From an uncultured Gammaproteobacteria bacterium (lineage in GTDB: Bacteria; Patescibacteriota; Microgenomatia; Levybacterales; UBA12049), in NCBI GenBank assembly GCA_964364925.1, contig CAYIOB010000001.1, positions 1 to 34,487 of the forward strand: a stretch of 34,487 bases of DNA, read 5' to 3'. Made by a program: the position numbers and the translations under genes. The notes beneath the pieces were generated by a model. The model was given only the letters and a program-made list of their open reading frames with translations, ran no database searches and had not been told where the DNA came from. Below are positions 14,312-23,393 of the stretch, piece after piece (positions within the stretch are counted from its first letter, which is position 1; each line of letters opens with the position of its first letter).

Positions 14312-14953
14312 TCAAGAGCCAGATTTAATTTCTAGGTTTCTTTTTAAGATTGTTTCCTTACCAAATCTATTTACTACTCTAATTATAATTGTTGTTTTCC
14401 CCGGAAAAACATTAATAACTTTTGTAAAAGCTCCGTTGCTATCTACGGAAACGGAGAATTTATCAACAAAAACGGTGGCGTTGGAGTCTGTTTTTCCAAT
14501 AACGGTAACAACATTTGAAGAAATAACTGCGTTTTCTGCGGGGGCTGATATATAAACCGATGGGTTAACTAAAGCTCCCCTATATTGAAATAAAATATAT
14601 CCTATTAGAACTAAGCAAACTAAAAAAACTAAAAATAAAGTTTGTTTTGACTTAAATCTTGATAAGGAAAGGTCTTTTGTTTTGGTAAATCCCTGAGGCA
14701 AAACTTTTATTGCTTTTTCTTCATCAAATTCTCTTCTAAAAAGTGCCAAAGTTTCCTTCTCGGGCATATTAAGAAATCTTGCGTAATTCCTAACAAACCC
14801 TTGGGCATAAGTTACAGACGGAAGTTTTTCGTATTCTCCTTTTTCTATTGCCTCAAGAAAGGAAACTTTTATTTTTGTGCCTTGAGATATGCTTTCCAGG
14901 GTTAAATTTTTTTGCAAACGTGCTTCTTGAAATTTTTGTCCGACTTTTATCAT
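14312..14953 (-). CDS. RodZ-like protein (Xre-type HTH, TM helix, extracytoplasmic domain)
   Basis: ARLQKNLTLESISQGTKIKVSFLEAIEKGEYEKLPSVTYAQGFVRNYARFL is the canonical RodZ N-terminus. The TM helix is LFLVFLVCLVLIGYILF. Confidence 0.7.
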   Translation of the reverse strand: MIKVGQKFQEARLQKNLTLESISQGTKIKVSFLEAIEKGEYEKLPSVTYAQGFVRNYARFLNMPEKETLALFRREFDEEKAIKVLPQGFTKTKDLSLSRFKSKQTLFLVFLVCLVLIGYILFQYRGALVNPSVYISAPAENAVISSNVVTVIGKTDSNATVFVDKFSVSVDSNGAFTKVINVFPGKTTIIIRVVNRFGKETILKRNLEIKSGS

Positions 14954-14980
14954 AAATAAATGAGGTTTTTGGATAATTTA

Positions 14981-17104
14981 TTACGAGCTTTGATTTAGAT
15001 TATTGATAAATTCTTCCGGGTTTCTTACCAAAACGTCTCTTGGCTTAGAACCTTCTGCGCGGCCGACAACTTGAGCCTCTTCAAGCTGATCTAAAACACG
15101 CGCCGCTCTTGAATAACCTATTGATAATCTTCTTTGTAAAAGCGATGCGGAAGCCCTATCGTACTGGCAGACTATTCTTATTGCCTCAAGAAATAAAGCA
15201 TCTCTTCCATCCGAACCAACATATGGAATATTTCCTTTCCTTAGCACCAAAGGAACCGAGGTAACTTCATCCGTATATTGGATTTCCGGAACTTTAGCTT
15301 TTAGATAATCAACAAGTTTTTTAACTTCCTTGTCCGATATATATGCCCCTTGAATACGGGTTGGTTTTGCCTGTTCGGGCGGAATATAAAGCATGTCTCC
15401 GCGTCCTAAAAGCTTTTCTGCTCCCGGACTATCTATAATTACACGGGAATCAATCATCGAGGAAACATTAAATGCGATTCTGCAGGGGATATTCGCTTTA
15501 ATAAGGCCTGTTATAACGTCAACCGAGGGTCTTTGGGTTGAAACAACAAGATGAATTCCGGTTGCTCTTGCCATCTGCGCCAAACGGGCGATAGCATCTT
15601 CTACCTCAACCGGAGCAAATGCCATTAAATCGGCAAGTTCATCAACAAATATAATTATATAAGGAAATGTCTGAAATCCGGCAAGTTCATTATAGGAATC
15701 AATATTTCTTACTCCTCTTTCCGCAAAAGTTTTATATCTTCTGTCCATTTCATCCATCGCCCACTTTAAAGAAGCCAGAATTTTTTCTACTTCTACAATA
15801 ACAGGAGTCATCAAATGAGGTATTCCGTTATAACCTGTTAATTCAACTCTCTTTGGATCAATTAAAATAAGTTTAACTTCATCCGGTGAAGCTCTGAAAA
15901 GGAGTGAAGAAATAAACGAATTTATAAGAACCGATTTTCCCGAACCGGTTGTTCCTGCAATTAAAACATGGGGCATTTTCCCGATATCGGCAACAACCGG
16001 ATTACCCGAAACGTCAAGACCCAATGAAACGGTAAGTTTTGATTTGCTTTTTCTCATTATATCCGAACTTAACATTGTTTTAAGAGTAACAATTTCCAGA
16101 GACCTATTTGGGATTTCTATTCCGACAAGGTTTCTGCCCGGAATCGGAGCTTCAATTCTAATTTGGCCGGTAGGAGCTTCTGTTGCCAAGGCAAGATCGT
16201 TAGAAAGAGCTGTTATTTTGGAAATTTTTGTTCCCTGAGCAATTTCCAAAGCATACTGCGTAACTGCGGGACCTAAATTTACTTCTACAACTTTTGCTCC
16301 TACTCCGAAACTTTGCAAGGTTTTCTCAATCGTATTCGCTGTTTTTTTAATATCTCCTCTGTCTGCTTTTTGATTGGATGCATCCGAAAGAAGAGTTAGG
16401 GGAGGATTCTCCCAAATACCGCTGTTTCCAACCGTATTCATAACTAATTTATCGGCAATAAGAGGCTCTTTTTTAAGAGGAGGCGGGTTATTAATTGATA
16501 TCTCTTTTGCAGAAATATTGCCGCGAAAATCTTTTTCCATTCCTTTTATTGTCATTTGTTTATTGCTAAAATCCGGAGATTTCTTGGTTTTGAAAAACGA
16601 AATAAGTTTACGCGGCACAAATCTTCCTGCGGTATCTCTTATTGCGCTTAACATTGCAAACATTTCATCAACGGAGGTATCAAAGAAAACAATAAGACCG
16701 ATTAAAATTCCGGCCGCATAAACAAGGATTGCGCCGGTTCCGCTTAAAATATCCGCCAAAATTTGGTAGATATAGCTTCCAAAACTGCCGCCTTTAAAAA
16801 GACCGATTATGGATACAAAGAAAAGCAAAAAGCCAACTGCGGCGTTTGGCCTTGAAAGAAACATTTTAAGCCTTAAGAAGAAAAATCCAAGTAAAATTAA
16901 CGCAACAGGGAAAAGAATGGAAAACAAACCGAAATATTTGTTAAGTAAATCATTTACGGCAACAAAAGAGGCGCCGCTTTTTGTAAAAGAAAGAAGGAGC
17001 AAAAGACCCCCGAGAATAAGACCAAAAGCAAAAATAGAATAAACGGTATTTTTTTTAAGTTTTAGCTTAAATTTATGCTTTCTATAATGCTTTCTTCTAG
17101 CCAT
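14981..17104 (-). CDS. ftsK: DNA translocase FtsK/SpoIIIE
   Basis: Four N-terminal TM helices. Walker A is GTTGSGKS and Walker B is IIFVDELADLM. The C-terminal gamma winged helix is ASASLLQRRLSIGYSRAARVLDQLE. Confidence 0.95.
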   Translation of the reverse strand: MARRKHYRKHKFKLKLKKNTVYSIFAFGLILGGLLLLLSFTKSGASFVAVNDLLNKYFGLFSILFPVALILLGFFFLRLKMFLSRPNAAVGFLLFFVSIIGLFKGGSFGSYIYQILADILSGTGAILVYAAGILIGLIVFFDTSVDEMFAMLSAIRDTAGRFVPRKLISFFKTKKSPDFSNKQMTIKGMEKDFRGNISAKEISINNPPPLKKEPLIADKLVMNTVGNSGIWENPPLTLLSDASNQKADRGDIKKTANTIEKTLQSFGVGAKVVEVNLGPAVTQYALEIAQGTKISKITALSNDLALATEAPTGQIRIEAPIPGRNLVGIEIPNRSLEIVTLKTMLSSDIMRKSKSKLTVSLGLDVSGNPVVADIGKMPHVLIAGTTGSGKSVLINSFISSLLFRASPDEVKLILIDPKRVELTGYNGIPHLMTPVIVEVEKILASLKWAMDEMDRRYKTFAERGVRNIDSYNELAGFQTFPYIIIFVDELADLMAFAPVEVEDAIARLAQMARATGIHLVVSTQRPSVDVITGLIKANIPCRIAFNVSSMIDSRVIIDSPGAEKLLGRGDMLYIPPEQAKPTRIQGAYISDKEVKKLVDYLKAKVPEIQYTDEVTSVPLVLRKGNIPYVGSDGRDALFLEAIRIVCQYDRASASLLQRRLSIGYSRAARVLDQLEEAQVVGRAEGSKPRDVLVRNPEEFINNLNQSS

Positions 17105-17111
17105 ACAAACT

Positions 17112-17117
17112 ATTATA
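17112..17117 (-). promoter_or_regulatory. -10 box TATAAT 7 nt upstream of the ftsK ATG
   Basis: The minus strand reads CTACTATAATAGTTTGTATG. Confidence 0.4.
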
Positions 17118-17223
17118 GTAGCTTTGTAATCTAACTACAAGTTCGATAAGCTTAATGACGGAAAAATTTTAATTCATTCTCTCAAAAGGAGAAAATTAAA
17201 TTTATGTATCAACTCTATATTTA

Positions 17224-17865
17224 TTAGATAAAGCAAACGTGTGAAGCTACATCACCCGGGGTGTGAAGCTGATTAATTCTATCGCGGTCTGCAATGAGAA
17301 GCCGCGTACGTGCTACGTACTCTGGAATTACCAGACGGTAAATGGATGTGAAACAACCCGTTTTACCAAGATAATGCTGCATGCTCCTTGGCAAAGAAGA
17401 AACTTCTCTATTAAAAAACGCTGCGAGGGTTTTATCCCCACGCGCTGCTAAAAGCATCTCTTGGGCATCTTTCCGGCTGATAGGCTCTTCTGCCAAATCC
17501 TCGGGAAAAGGAGGCATAAAAGTGCTGCCAACAAAAGCTTGTTCTATAAGTGAATGGTATTCTGCTTTATCAAATACTCTATTTACAAGCATACCTTCTA
17601 CAGCCACGAGCGACGCCCCCAGATATATTGAGGATGTTTCAATAACAGATGCGTTTTCTAATTCCTGTATCCTAACAATATCCCCATTCTTAAATGCCCT
17701 ACCTAAATTAAACCCTACTTCCGAAAGACCATAATGCCCCTCCCTAATAAGAATGTCTGCCATAAATCTTACAGGAGATACTGTTCCGAATTCGGGTCTT
17801 CTGGCAACGCTAGCAACAAAATCCGAATCGGCAGGATAAGCAGCATAAAAATTCTCAGCAGACAT
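17224..17865 (-). CDS. orphan hypothetical protein, visibly more GC-rich than its neighbours
   Basis: 213-aa ORF with its own extended -10. I recognise no motif. Confidence 0.6.
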   Translation of the reverse strand: MSAENFYAAYPADSDFVASVARRPEFGTVSPVRFMADILIREGHYGLSEVGFNLGRAFKNGDIVRIQELENASVIETSSIYLGASLVAVEGMLVNRVFDKAEYHSLIEQAFVGSTFMPPFPEDLAEEPISRKDAQEMLLAARGDKTLAAFFNREVSSLPRSMQHYLGKTGCFTSIYRLVIPEYVARTRLLIADRDRINQLHTPGDVASHVCFI

Positions 17866-17873
17866 AGGGAAGG

Positions 17874-17882
17874 ATTATACCA
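17874..17882 (-). promoter_or_regulatory. extended -10 (TGGTATAAT) 8 nt upstream of the orphan gene
   Basis: The minus strand reads TTTTGGTATAATCCTTCCCTATG. Confidence 0.5.
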
Positions 17883-17897
17883 AAACGGTGGACTATT

Positions 17898-19556
17898 TTA
17901 AACTTCGATAACAACGGGGAGGACGAGGGGGCGTTTGCGAAGAGCTTTAAAAATATTTTTCTCCGCAATTTCGCCTATCAGCTTCCTAACATAAATCCAA
18001 TCATTCATTCTGTCTGTTCTGGCTGAAAATGTGCTTTTAAGTTGCCCGCCTAGGTTTTTATTTAATAACGTGCTTTCCTGGGACGAAAGACCGCGGGCTA
18101 TAATGGTCGGCGCATCTACTATTTTACCGGTTGCCGAATCTACTTCCGCCATAATAATAACAATTCCGTCTTTGGCTATTTTTTGTCTGTCTATTAAAAC
18201 GAAATGCTCTATTTCTTCGCCGGAAATTTGGTCTACGTAAACGTTTTTAAGCGGGACTTTTTTGCCATACGATGAGCCGTCTCTTGTAAAAATAATTTCC
18301 TGACCGTCATCTATTAACAGAATGTCGCGGTCTTCAAAACCCTGTCTTCTGGCAAGGCCTTTATATGCCACCATTTGTCTATATGTTCCGCCAATAGGCA
18401 GTACTTTTTTGGGATTTACCAAAGACATCATCAGCATTAAATCGTTTGACGCGGCGTGTCCGGAAACATGAAAATCACTTGAAACTTCCGAATAAACAAC
18501 CTTTGCCCCCATTTTAGAGATAGAATCAACAACTCTGTTTACGGATATTTCGTTACCGGGTATCGGATCCGAGGAAAAAATTACAACGTCATTTGGATTT
18601 ATTGTAATTTCCTTGCTCTCGCCGTTAGCAATTCTTGAAAGAGCGGAGTTTTCCTGACCCTGGCTGCCTGCAACAATTAAAACGAGTTGACCGTCTTTAT
18701 AATTTTTAAGCTGTTCAACGGAAATTTCCGAACCTTTATCTATTTTCATATATCCTAAATCAATGGCCACATCCCTTACTTTGTAAAAAGATCGGCCGAC
18801 AAAACAAATTTTTCGGCCAAACTTTTCTGCGGCTTTTATAGCCTGATTTAAGCGTGAAATATTAGAAGAATAAGTGGTTATTATAACCTTGCCTTTGGCT
18901 TTGGCAATTTCTCTTTCAAAACTTTCACCAAGCCTTTGTTCCGATGGCGTGTAGCCTTCTTTTTCCGAACGCAGACAATCCGACATTAAACACAGCACTC
19001 CTTCTTTGCCAACAGTTACTATTTTGTCAAACTCGGTTTTTTTATTGTCTGCCGGAGTTAAATCAAACTTAAAATCACTTCCATGATAAAAATTTCCAAC
19101 CGGAGTTCTTATAAAAATATTTGAACTGTCCGGAACAGAGTGCGTCACTCTTATAAAAGACAAAGAAAAGCTGCCAAGCTTTAACTGCCCCCCACCAAAC
19201 TCAACCGGTTTTACTCTGCTACCAACTTCGAATTCTTTTAATTTTTCATTAGCCAAAGCGGCCGTTAAAGGAGTTCCAAAAATCGGAAATTGCGGAAGTT
19301 GGGGTAAAACAAAAGGCAAAGCGCCAATATGGTCTTCGTGTCCGTGAGTTAAAACTAAACCCACAATTTTCTTTTTGCTTTGCAAAAGGTATGTTATATC
19401 AGGCAGCAGAAGGTCAACGCCTAACATTGTTTCGTCGGCAAAACCAATTCCGCAATCGACAATTAAAACCTCATCTTTATATTCATAAAGATACATATTT
19501 TTGGTTACGTCTGAAACGCCGCCTAAGGGAATAAAAGAAAGTTGATCGTTATTCAT
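17898..19556 (-). CDS. rnj: ribonuclease J (metallo-beta-lactamase / beta-CASP)
   Basis: LTHGHEDHIGALP motif and a 552-aa beta-CASP architecture. Confidence 0.93.
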   Translation of the reverse strand: MNNDQLSFIPLGGVSDVTKNMYLYEYKDEVLIVDCGIGFADETMLGVDLLLPDITYLLQSKKKIVGLVLTHGHEDHIGALPFVLPQLPQFPIFGTPLTAALANEKLKEFEVGSRVKPVEFGGGQLKLGSFSLSFIRVTHSVPDSSNIFIRTPVGNFYHGSDFKFDLTPADNKKTEFDKIVTVGKEGVLCLMSDCLRSEKEGYTPSEQRLGESFEREIAKAKGKVIITTYSSNISRLNQAIKAAEKFGRKICFVGRSFYKVRDVAIDLGYMKIDKGSEISVEQLKNYKDGQLVLIVAGSQGQENSALSRIANGESKEITINPNDVVIFSSDPIPGNEISVNRVVDSISKMGAKVVYSEVSSDFHVSGHAASNDLMLMMSLVNPKKVLPIGGTYRQMVAYKGLARRQGFEDRDILLIDDGQEIIFTRDGSSYGKKVPLKNVYVDQISGEEIEHFVLIDRQKIAKDGIVIIMAEVDSATGKIVDAPTIIARGLSSQESTLLNKNLGGQLKSTFSARTDRMNDWIYVRKLIGEIAEKNIFKALRKRPLVLPVVIEV

Positions 19557-19559
19557 AAT

Positions 19560-20624
19560 TTATAAAGGCAGAAACTGTTTTATATTCTCAACTGTTATAT
19601 GCATACTGCCGTTTTTAGCCAGCTTTCCTTCAACGATAAGCCTTGCAACTCTCCTGCACATTGTTTCAATTGTTCTCTCAAGACTTCTAATCCCCGAATC
19701 AAACCCCAGGGGCCTTATAATATTGGGCCATAAGCTGTCATCTATTGCTAACTGCCCGTCTGTTAACCCCGATGCTTTTCTTATTTTTGGGAATAAATAT
19801 TCTTTTGCTATAATCTTTTTTTCTTCATCTGTATATGAAGGCATTTGAATAATCTCCAGTCTATCCAAAACAGATGTTGAAATATTGGTTGTATTGTTTG
19901 CAGTTGCTATAAAAAGAACGTGGGATAAATCAAACGGATAATCGATATAATGATCCGTGAAGGCCATATTTTGTTCCGGATCCAAAAGCTCCACCAAAAC
20001 ACCCATAATATCCGCTCTTGCCTGCTCACTAACTCTATCCAGCTCATCCAAAAGTATTACGCAATTCCTGCTCTGTGCATGAACCAATTTTTTCATTACG
20101 AGGCCAGGCTCGGCGTCGGAAAATGCTCTCGATTGCCCTCTTAAAGCAAGAGAATCGCCCATTCCGCCAAAAGGAATTCTTTCGAATTTTCTCCCTATGC
20201 TTTCTGCAATTGAATAAGCAAAAGTAGTTTTTCCCGTTCCCACTAAACCAACAAGACAAAGTATAGGGGCCCTTACAGCATCCTGTGAATTATTCTGAAG
20301 ATTTAAAATTAACGAAGAAAGGTATTCCAAAACGTCGTTTTTTACATTTTCCAAACCGTAATGATTTTTGTCTAAAGCCTTTTTTACCGTGTTTAAATCC
20401 AAAACATCTTGTGTCTCTTTATTAAAAGGCAGGGACGAAGCCCAATTAATATAATTTGATATGCTCTCATAGTTAATAAAAGTACCCGTACCTGTTTTTA
20501 AACTTACACTTAAAATAGTAAGCATCGAATTTATTTTCTCCATTAAATCCGCAGGAAGTCCGGAGGACTTAATTTTTTCTTCTAATTTTTGTATTTGTGC
20601 TTCCAATGAATCCGAGGAATCCAT
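19560..20624 (-). CDS. Lon-like AAA+ ATPase module without a protease domain
   Basis: HYGLENVKNDVLEYL, Walker A GLVGTGKT, RGQSRAFSDAEPG (compare Lon RGHRRTYIGAMPG), Walker B ILLDELD, and FIATANN...VLDRLEII. The protein ends after the alpha-helical lid, and RNase J starts 3 nt later. Confidence 0.8.
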   Translation of the reverse strand: MDSSDSLEAQIQKLEEKIKSSGLPADLMEKINSMLTILSVSLKTGTGTFINYESISNYINWASSLPFNKETQDVLDLNTVKKALDKNHYGLENVKNDVLEYLSSLILNLQNNSQDAVRAPILCLVGLVGTGKTTFAYSIAESIGRKFERIPFGGMGDSLALRGQSRAFSDAEPGLVMKKLVHAQSRNCVILLDELDRVSEQARADIMGVLVELLDPEQNMAFTDHYIDYPFDLSHVLFIATANNTTNISTSVLDRLEIIQMPSYTDEEKKIIAKEYLFPKIRKASGLTDGQLAIDDSLWPNIIRPLGFDSGIRSLERTIETMCRRVARLIVEGKLAKNGSMHITVENIKQFLPL

Positions 20625-20633
20625 ATATTTATA

Positions 20634-20666
20634 ATACTAGATACTAGATACTAGATACTAGATACT
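20634..20666. repeat. 7-bp tandem repeat (ATACTAG) x4.7
   Basis: Four perfect units plus ATACT, immediately upstream (on the minus strand) of the Lon-like gene. The repeat overlaps its putative -10, TATTAT. Confidence 0.9.
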
Positions 20667-20707
20667 TATAAATGATTAACTAATTTTACTAGTAACTAAT
20701 TACTCGT

Positions 20708-22975
20708 TTAATAGCGGGGTTTTCTATCCCTATTATATCCCGGTCTTCCGCCTGATGTCTTTGATCTCCAGTCCGAACTGCCTCTTTCTCTTCTTAACTG
20801 CATTGATAATGGATGCTCTGATGGAACCTGTCCATGAACAGTTTTTTCATTTCCAGGTTCCGGTTTTTGGGCAACTTCACCAAAGAGCATCGACAAGTTT
20901 ATTCTGCCTTGATCATCTATTTCAGCCACTCTTACCTTTACTTTTTGTCCAATTGCCACCACATCGCTTGGATTTTTTACAAATTCCGTAGACATTTTTG
21001 AAACGTGTACCATTCCCTCTTTACCGGGCAAAAATTCTACAAATGCTCCGAATGGAAGAATCCTTTTTACTTCCGCTTCTTCAAAAACTTCTCCGACTGT
21101 TACTTCTCTTACGAGTCCCTTAATCCAATCAACCGCTTTTTGCACAGACTCTTCGGAAACGCCTGATATAGCAACAGAACCGTCATCTTCAACTTCAACC
21201 GAGGCTCCTGTTGTGGCAATAATATTTTTAATTACTTTTCCTCCCGGACCTATTAATTCACCAATTCTATCCACCGGAATTTTAATTATTTCAATTTTCG
21301 GAGCATATTGGGATAAAGCTTCTCTAGGCTTAGGCAAAATTTTAAGCATAGTTTCTAAAATTTGAAGTCGGGCTGTCTTTGCTCTTTCTAAAATAGCTTT
21401 TATTTGCTCAACAGTAAGCCCTGGAATTTTAACATCTAACTGAATTGCAGTAATTCCTGCATCTGTTCCTGCAACTTTAAAATCCATATCTCCTGAAAAA
21501 TCTTCAAGCCCTATGATGTCTGTTAAAAGTTCATAATTTTTTTCATCAGACATCATTCCAATTGAAATACCGGCAACAGGTTTGCTAATTGGAACTCCGG
21601 CATCCATAAGAGCTAGCGTTGAACCGCAAGTTGATGCCATTGAGCTTGAGCCATTTTGCGACAGAACTTCCGAAACCACCCTAATTGTATATGGGAATTC
21701 ATCTTGTTTTGGTATTACTGCAAGAAGAGCTCTTTCAGCTAGGGCTCCGTGTCCTTTTTCACGCCTGGAAGGACTGCCAACACGTCCTGTTTGACCAAAA
21801 GAATATGGAAGTCCTGAATAATGATGAATATATCTTTTTGTTTCTTCACCTTCTGCTGATTCAATTAACTGTTCCATACGGGGTGATCCAAGTGTAACAA
21901 CCGATAAAGCTTGTGTAATTCCTCGCTGAAATAGAGCGCTGCCATGAGTTCTTGGAAGAAGTCCAACTTCTGTAACTATTTCTCTGATTTCATCCATTTT
22001 CCTTCCATCAACTCTTTTTTTCTTTCCAATCACATCTGCCCTTATCATTTTAAACATAACGTATTCAACTGCTTTTGCAATTATTTTTTTATCAAGCTGC
22101 GTATCGGGATTCGCCATTTTTGCATCTTCGTAAATTTTTGAAATCAAATCTTCTGTTTCTGTGCCGCTTCCTTCTTTATTTACGCGGGATTCAATAAGCG
22201 CGCCAACTTCGGCTTTATAGGATTTTTCAATAAGACTTATTGCTTCATTAAGAGAATTTTCTGTAGGAACTTCTAATTTTTTAACTCCAACTTTTTTAAC
22301 CAAATCTTCAATTAAATCTATAATTTTGCTTGTTTCTTTGTGTGCTAATTCAACTGCTTCAACTAAAATATCTTCTGAAACCTGCATTGCTCCAGCTTCA
22401 ATCATATTTGTTTTATCTTTTGATTGAGAAACAATTAAATCAAGCTCTGAATATTGTTGTTCTGATCCTGGGTTAATTATACAGGCTGACCCTCCGTTAC
22501 CTGATTCTTTAACACAGCCAACTCTTACCGCTCCTATTGGTCCGTTCCATGGAATTCTTGATATTGCTAAAGCTGCTGAAACAGCATTCAAAGCAAGAAC
22601 ATCTGCTTCATTTTCACCATCAACTGACAAAACAGTTACAATAACTTGAACATCATTTTTAAAGCTTTTTGGAAAAAGAGGGCGGATTGATCTATCTATT
22701 AAACGTCCGGCAAGAACTGCTTCGTCTGAAGGCTGACCTTCACGCTTTACCCAGCGGCTTCCTTTAATTTTTCCGCCTGCGTAAAGTCTTTCTCCGTATT
22801 CAACTGATAATGGAAAATAATCTAAATCTGATTTTCCGCCTTCGACAACGGTAACTAAAACTACCGTGTCTCCAAGACGGCCTAAAACAGAAGCTGTTGC
22901 TTGAGGTGCAAGCTCGCCTGTTTCCAATATTAGCTTTTTACCTGCTAATTCTAAAGTAACTGAGGTTTTTTTCAT
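20708..22975 (-). CDS. pnp: polyribonucleotide nucleotidyltransferase (PNPase)
   Basis: Two RNase PH domains, KH and S1, plus a basic C-terminal tail. I prefer the start at ATG 22973-22975 (MKKTSVTLELAGK), because the longer track ORF overlaps rpsO. Confidence 0.95.
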   Translation of the reverse strand: MKKTSVTLELAGKKLILETGELAPQATASVLGRLGDTVVLVTVVEGGKSDLDYFPLSVEYGERLYAGGKIKGSRWVKREGQPSDEAVLAGRLIDRSIRPLFPKSFKNDVQVIVTVLSVDGENEADVLALNAVSAALAISRIPWNGPIGAVRVGCVKESGNGGSACIINPGSEQQYSELDLIVSQSKDKTNMIEAGAMQVSEDILVEAVELAHKETSKIIDLIEDLVKKVGVKKLEVPTENSLNEAISLIEKSYKAEVGALIESRVNKEGSGTETEDLISKIYEDAKMANPDTQLDKKIIAKAVEYVMFKMIRADVIGKKKRVDGRKMDEIREIVTEVGLLPRTHGSALFQRGITQALSVVTLGSPRMEQLIESAEGEETKRYIHHYSGLPYSFGQTGRVGSPSRREKGHGALAERALLAVIPKQDEFPYTIRVVSEVLSQNGSSSMASTCGSTLALMDAGVPISKPVAGISIGMMSDEKNYELLTDIIGLEDFSGDMDFKVAGTDAGITAIQLDVKIPGLTVEQIKAILERAKTARLQILETMLKILPKPREALSQYAPKIEIIKIPVDRIGELIGPGGKVIKNIIATTGASVEVEDDGSVAISGVSEESVQKAVDWIKGLVREVTVGEVFEEAEVKRILPFGAFVEFLPGKEGMVHVSKMSTEFVKNPSDVVAIGQKVKVRVAEIDDQGRINLSMLFGEVAQKPEPGNEKTVHGQVPSEHPLSMQLRRERGSSDWRSKTSGGRPGYNRDRKPRY

Positions 22976-22980
22976 AATAT

Positions 22981-23040
22981 CTAACTTGCCCGCCGACCAA
23001 GCGCTCCCCGATTCAATCGGGGTAAGCTTAGGCGGGTTAG
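22981..23040 (-). promoter_or_regulatory. structured rpsO-pnp intergenic leader (nested stem-loop)
   Basis: The outer pairings are CTAA/TTAG and CCCGCC/GGCGGG. They enclose CCCCGATT-C-AATCGGGG (23006-23022) and span from the rpsO stop to 5 nt before the pnp ATG. Confidence 0.45.
23006..23022. repeat. palindrome CCCCGATT-C-AATCGGGG
   Basis: 8-bp perfect arms. Third copy of the family. Confidence 0.8.
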
Positions 23041-23306
23041 TCTTTAAGTCCAACTTTTTTCGCAATTACGGAGGAACGTGCCTTATCCACTTTTGCCAAA
23101 AAATTCATCAGTCTTCTTCTTTTTGCAATCATGGACAAAAGTCCGCGGCGGCTATGTGTGTCATGAGCATGAAGTTTAAGATGCTCTGTTAAACGGGTAA
23201 TTCTGGTAGTTAAAAGCGCAATTTGCACCTCGGGGCTACCGGTATCACCTTTAACAGTTTGAAATTCTTTTATAATGTCTTGTTTCTGCGAAGTACTAAG
23301 CGGCAT
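23037..23306 (-). CDS. rpsO: 30S ribosomal protein S15
   Basis: 89 aa. GDTGSPEVQIALLT.RI..LTEHLK.H.HD.HSRRGLL is the S15 signature. Confidence 0.97.
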   Translation of the reverse strand: MPLSTSQKQDIIKEFQTVKGDTGSPEVQIALLTTRITRLTEHLKLHAHDTHSRRGLLSMIAKRRRLMNFLAKVDKARSSVIAKKVGLKD

Positions 23307-23393
23307 ATCTAATTAATTTATAATTTAAAATTCAAAATTTATAATTTACTTTGAGTATTATATCAGTTTTAAAAATCATTAGCAATCCGTAAC

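Noticed and set aside
15986-15995. CCGATATCGG palindrome in ftsK as another member of the CCCCGATT family
   Set aside because: It is only a 10-bp palindrome with a different core (an EcoRV-type centre), so it is compatible with chance.
20634-20666. Possible CRISPR array or minisatellite
   Set aside because: The unit is 7 bp with no spacers, and no cas genes are present. It is a simple tandem repeat, not a CRISPR array.
22976-23065. N-terminal 30-aa extension of the pnp ORF
   Set aside because: The extension overlaps the 3' end of rpsO and the structured spacer. MKKTSVTLELAGK at 22975 matches the canonical PNPase N-terminus.
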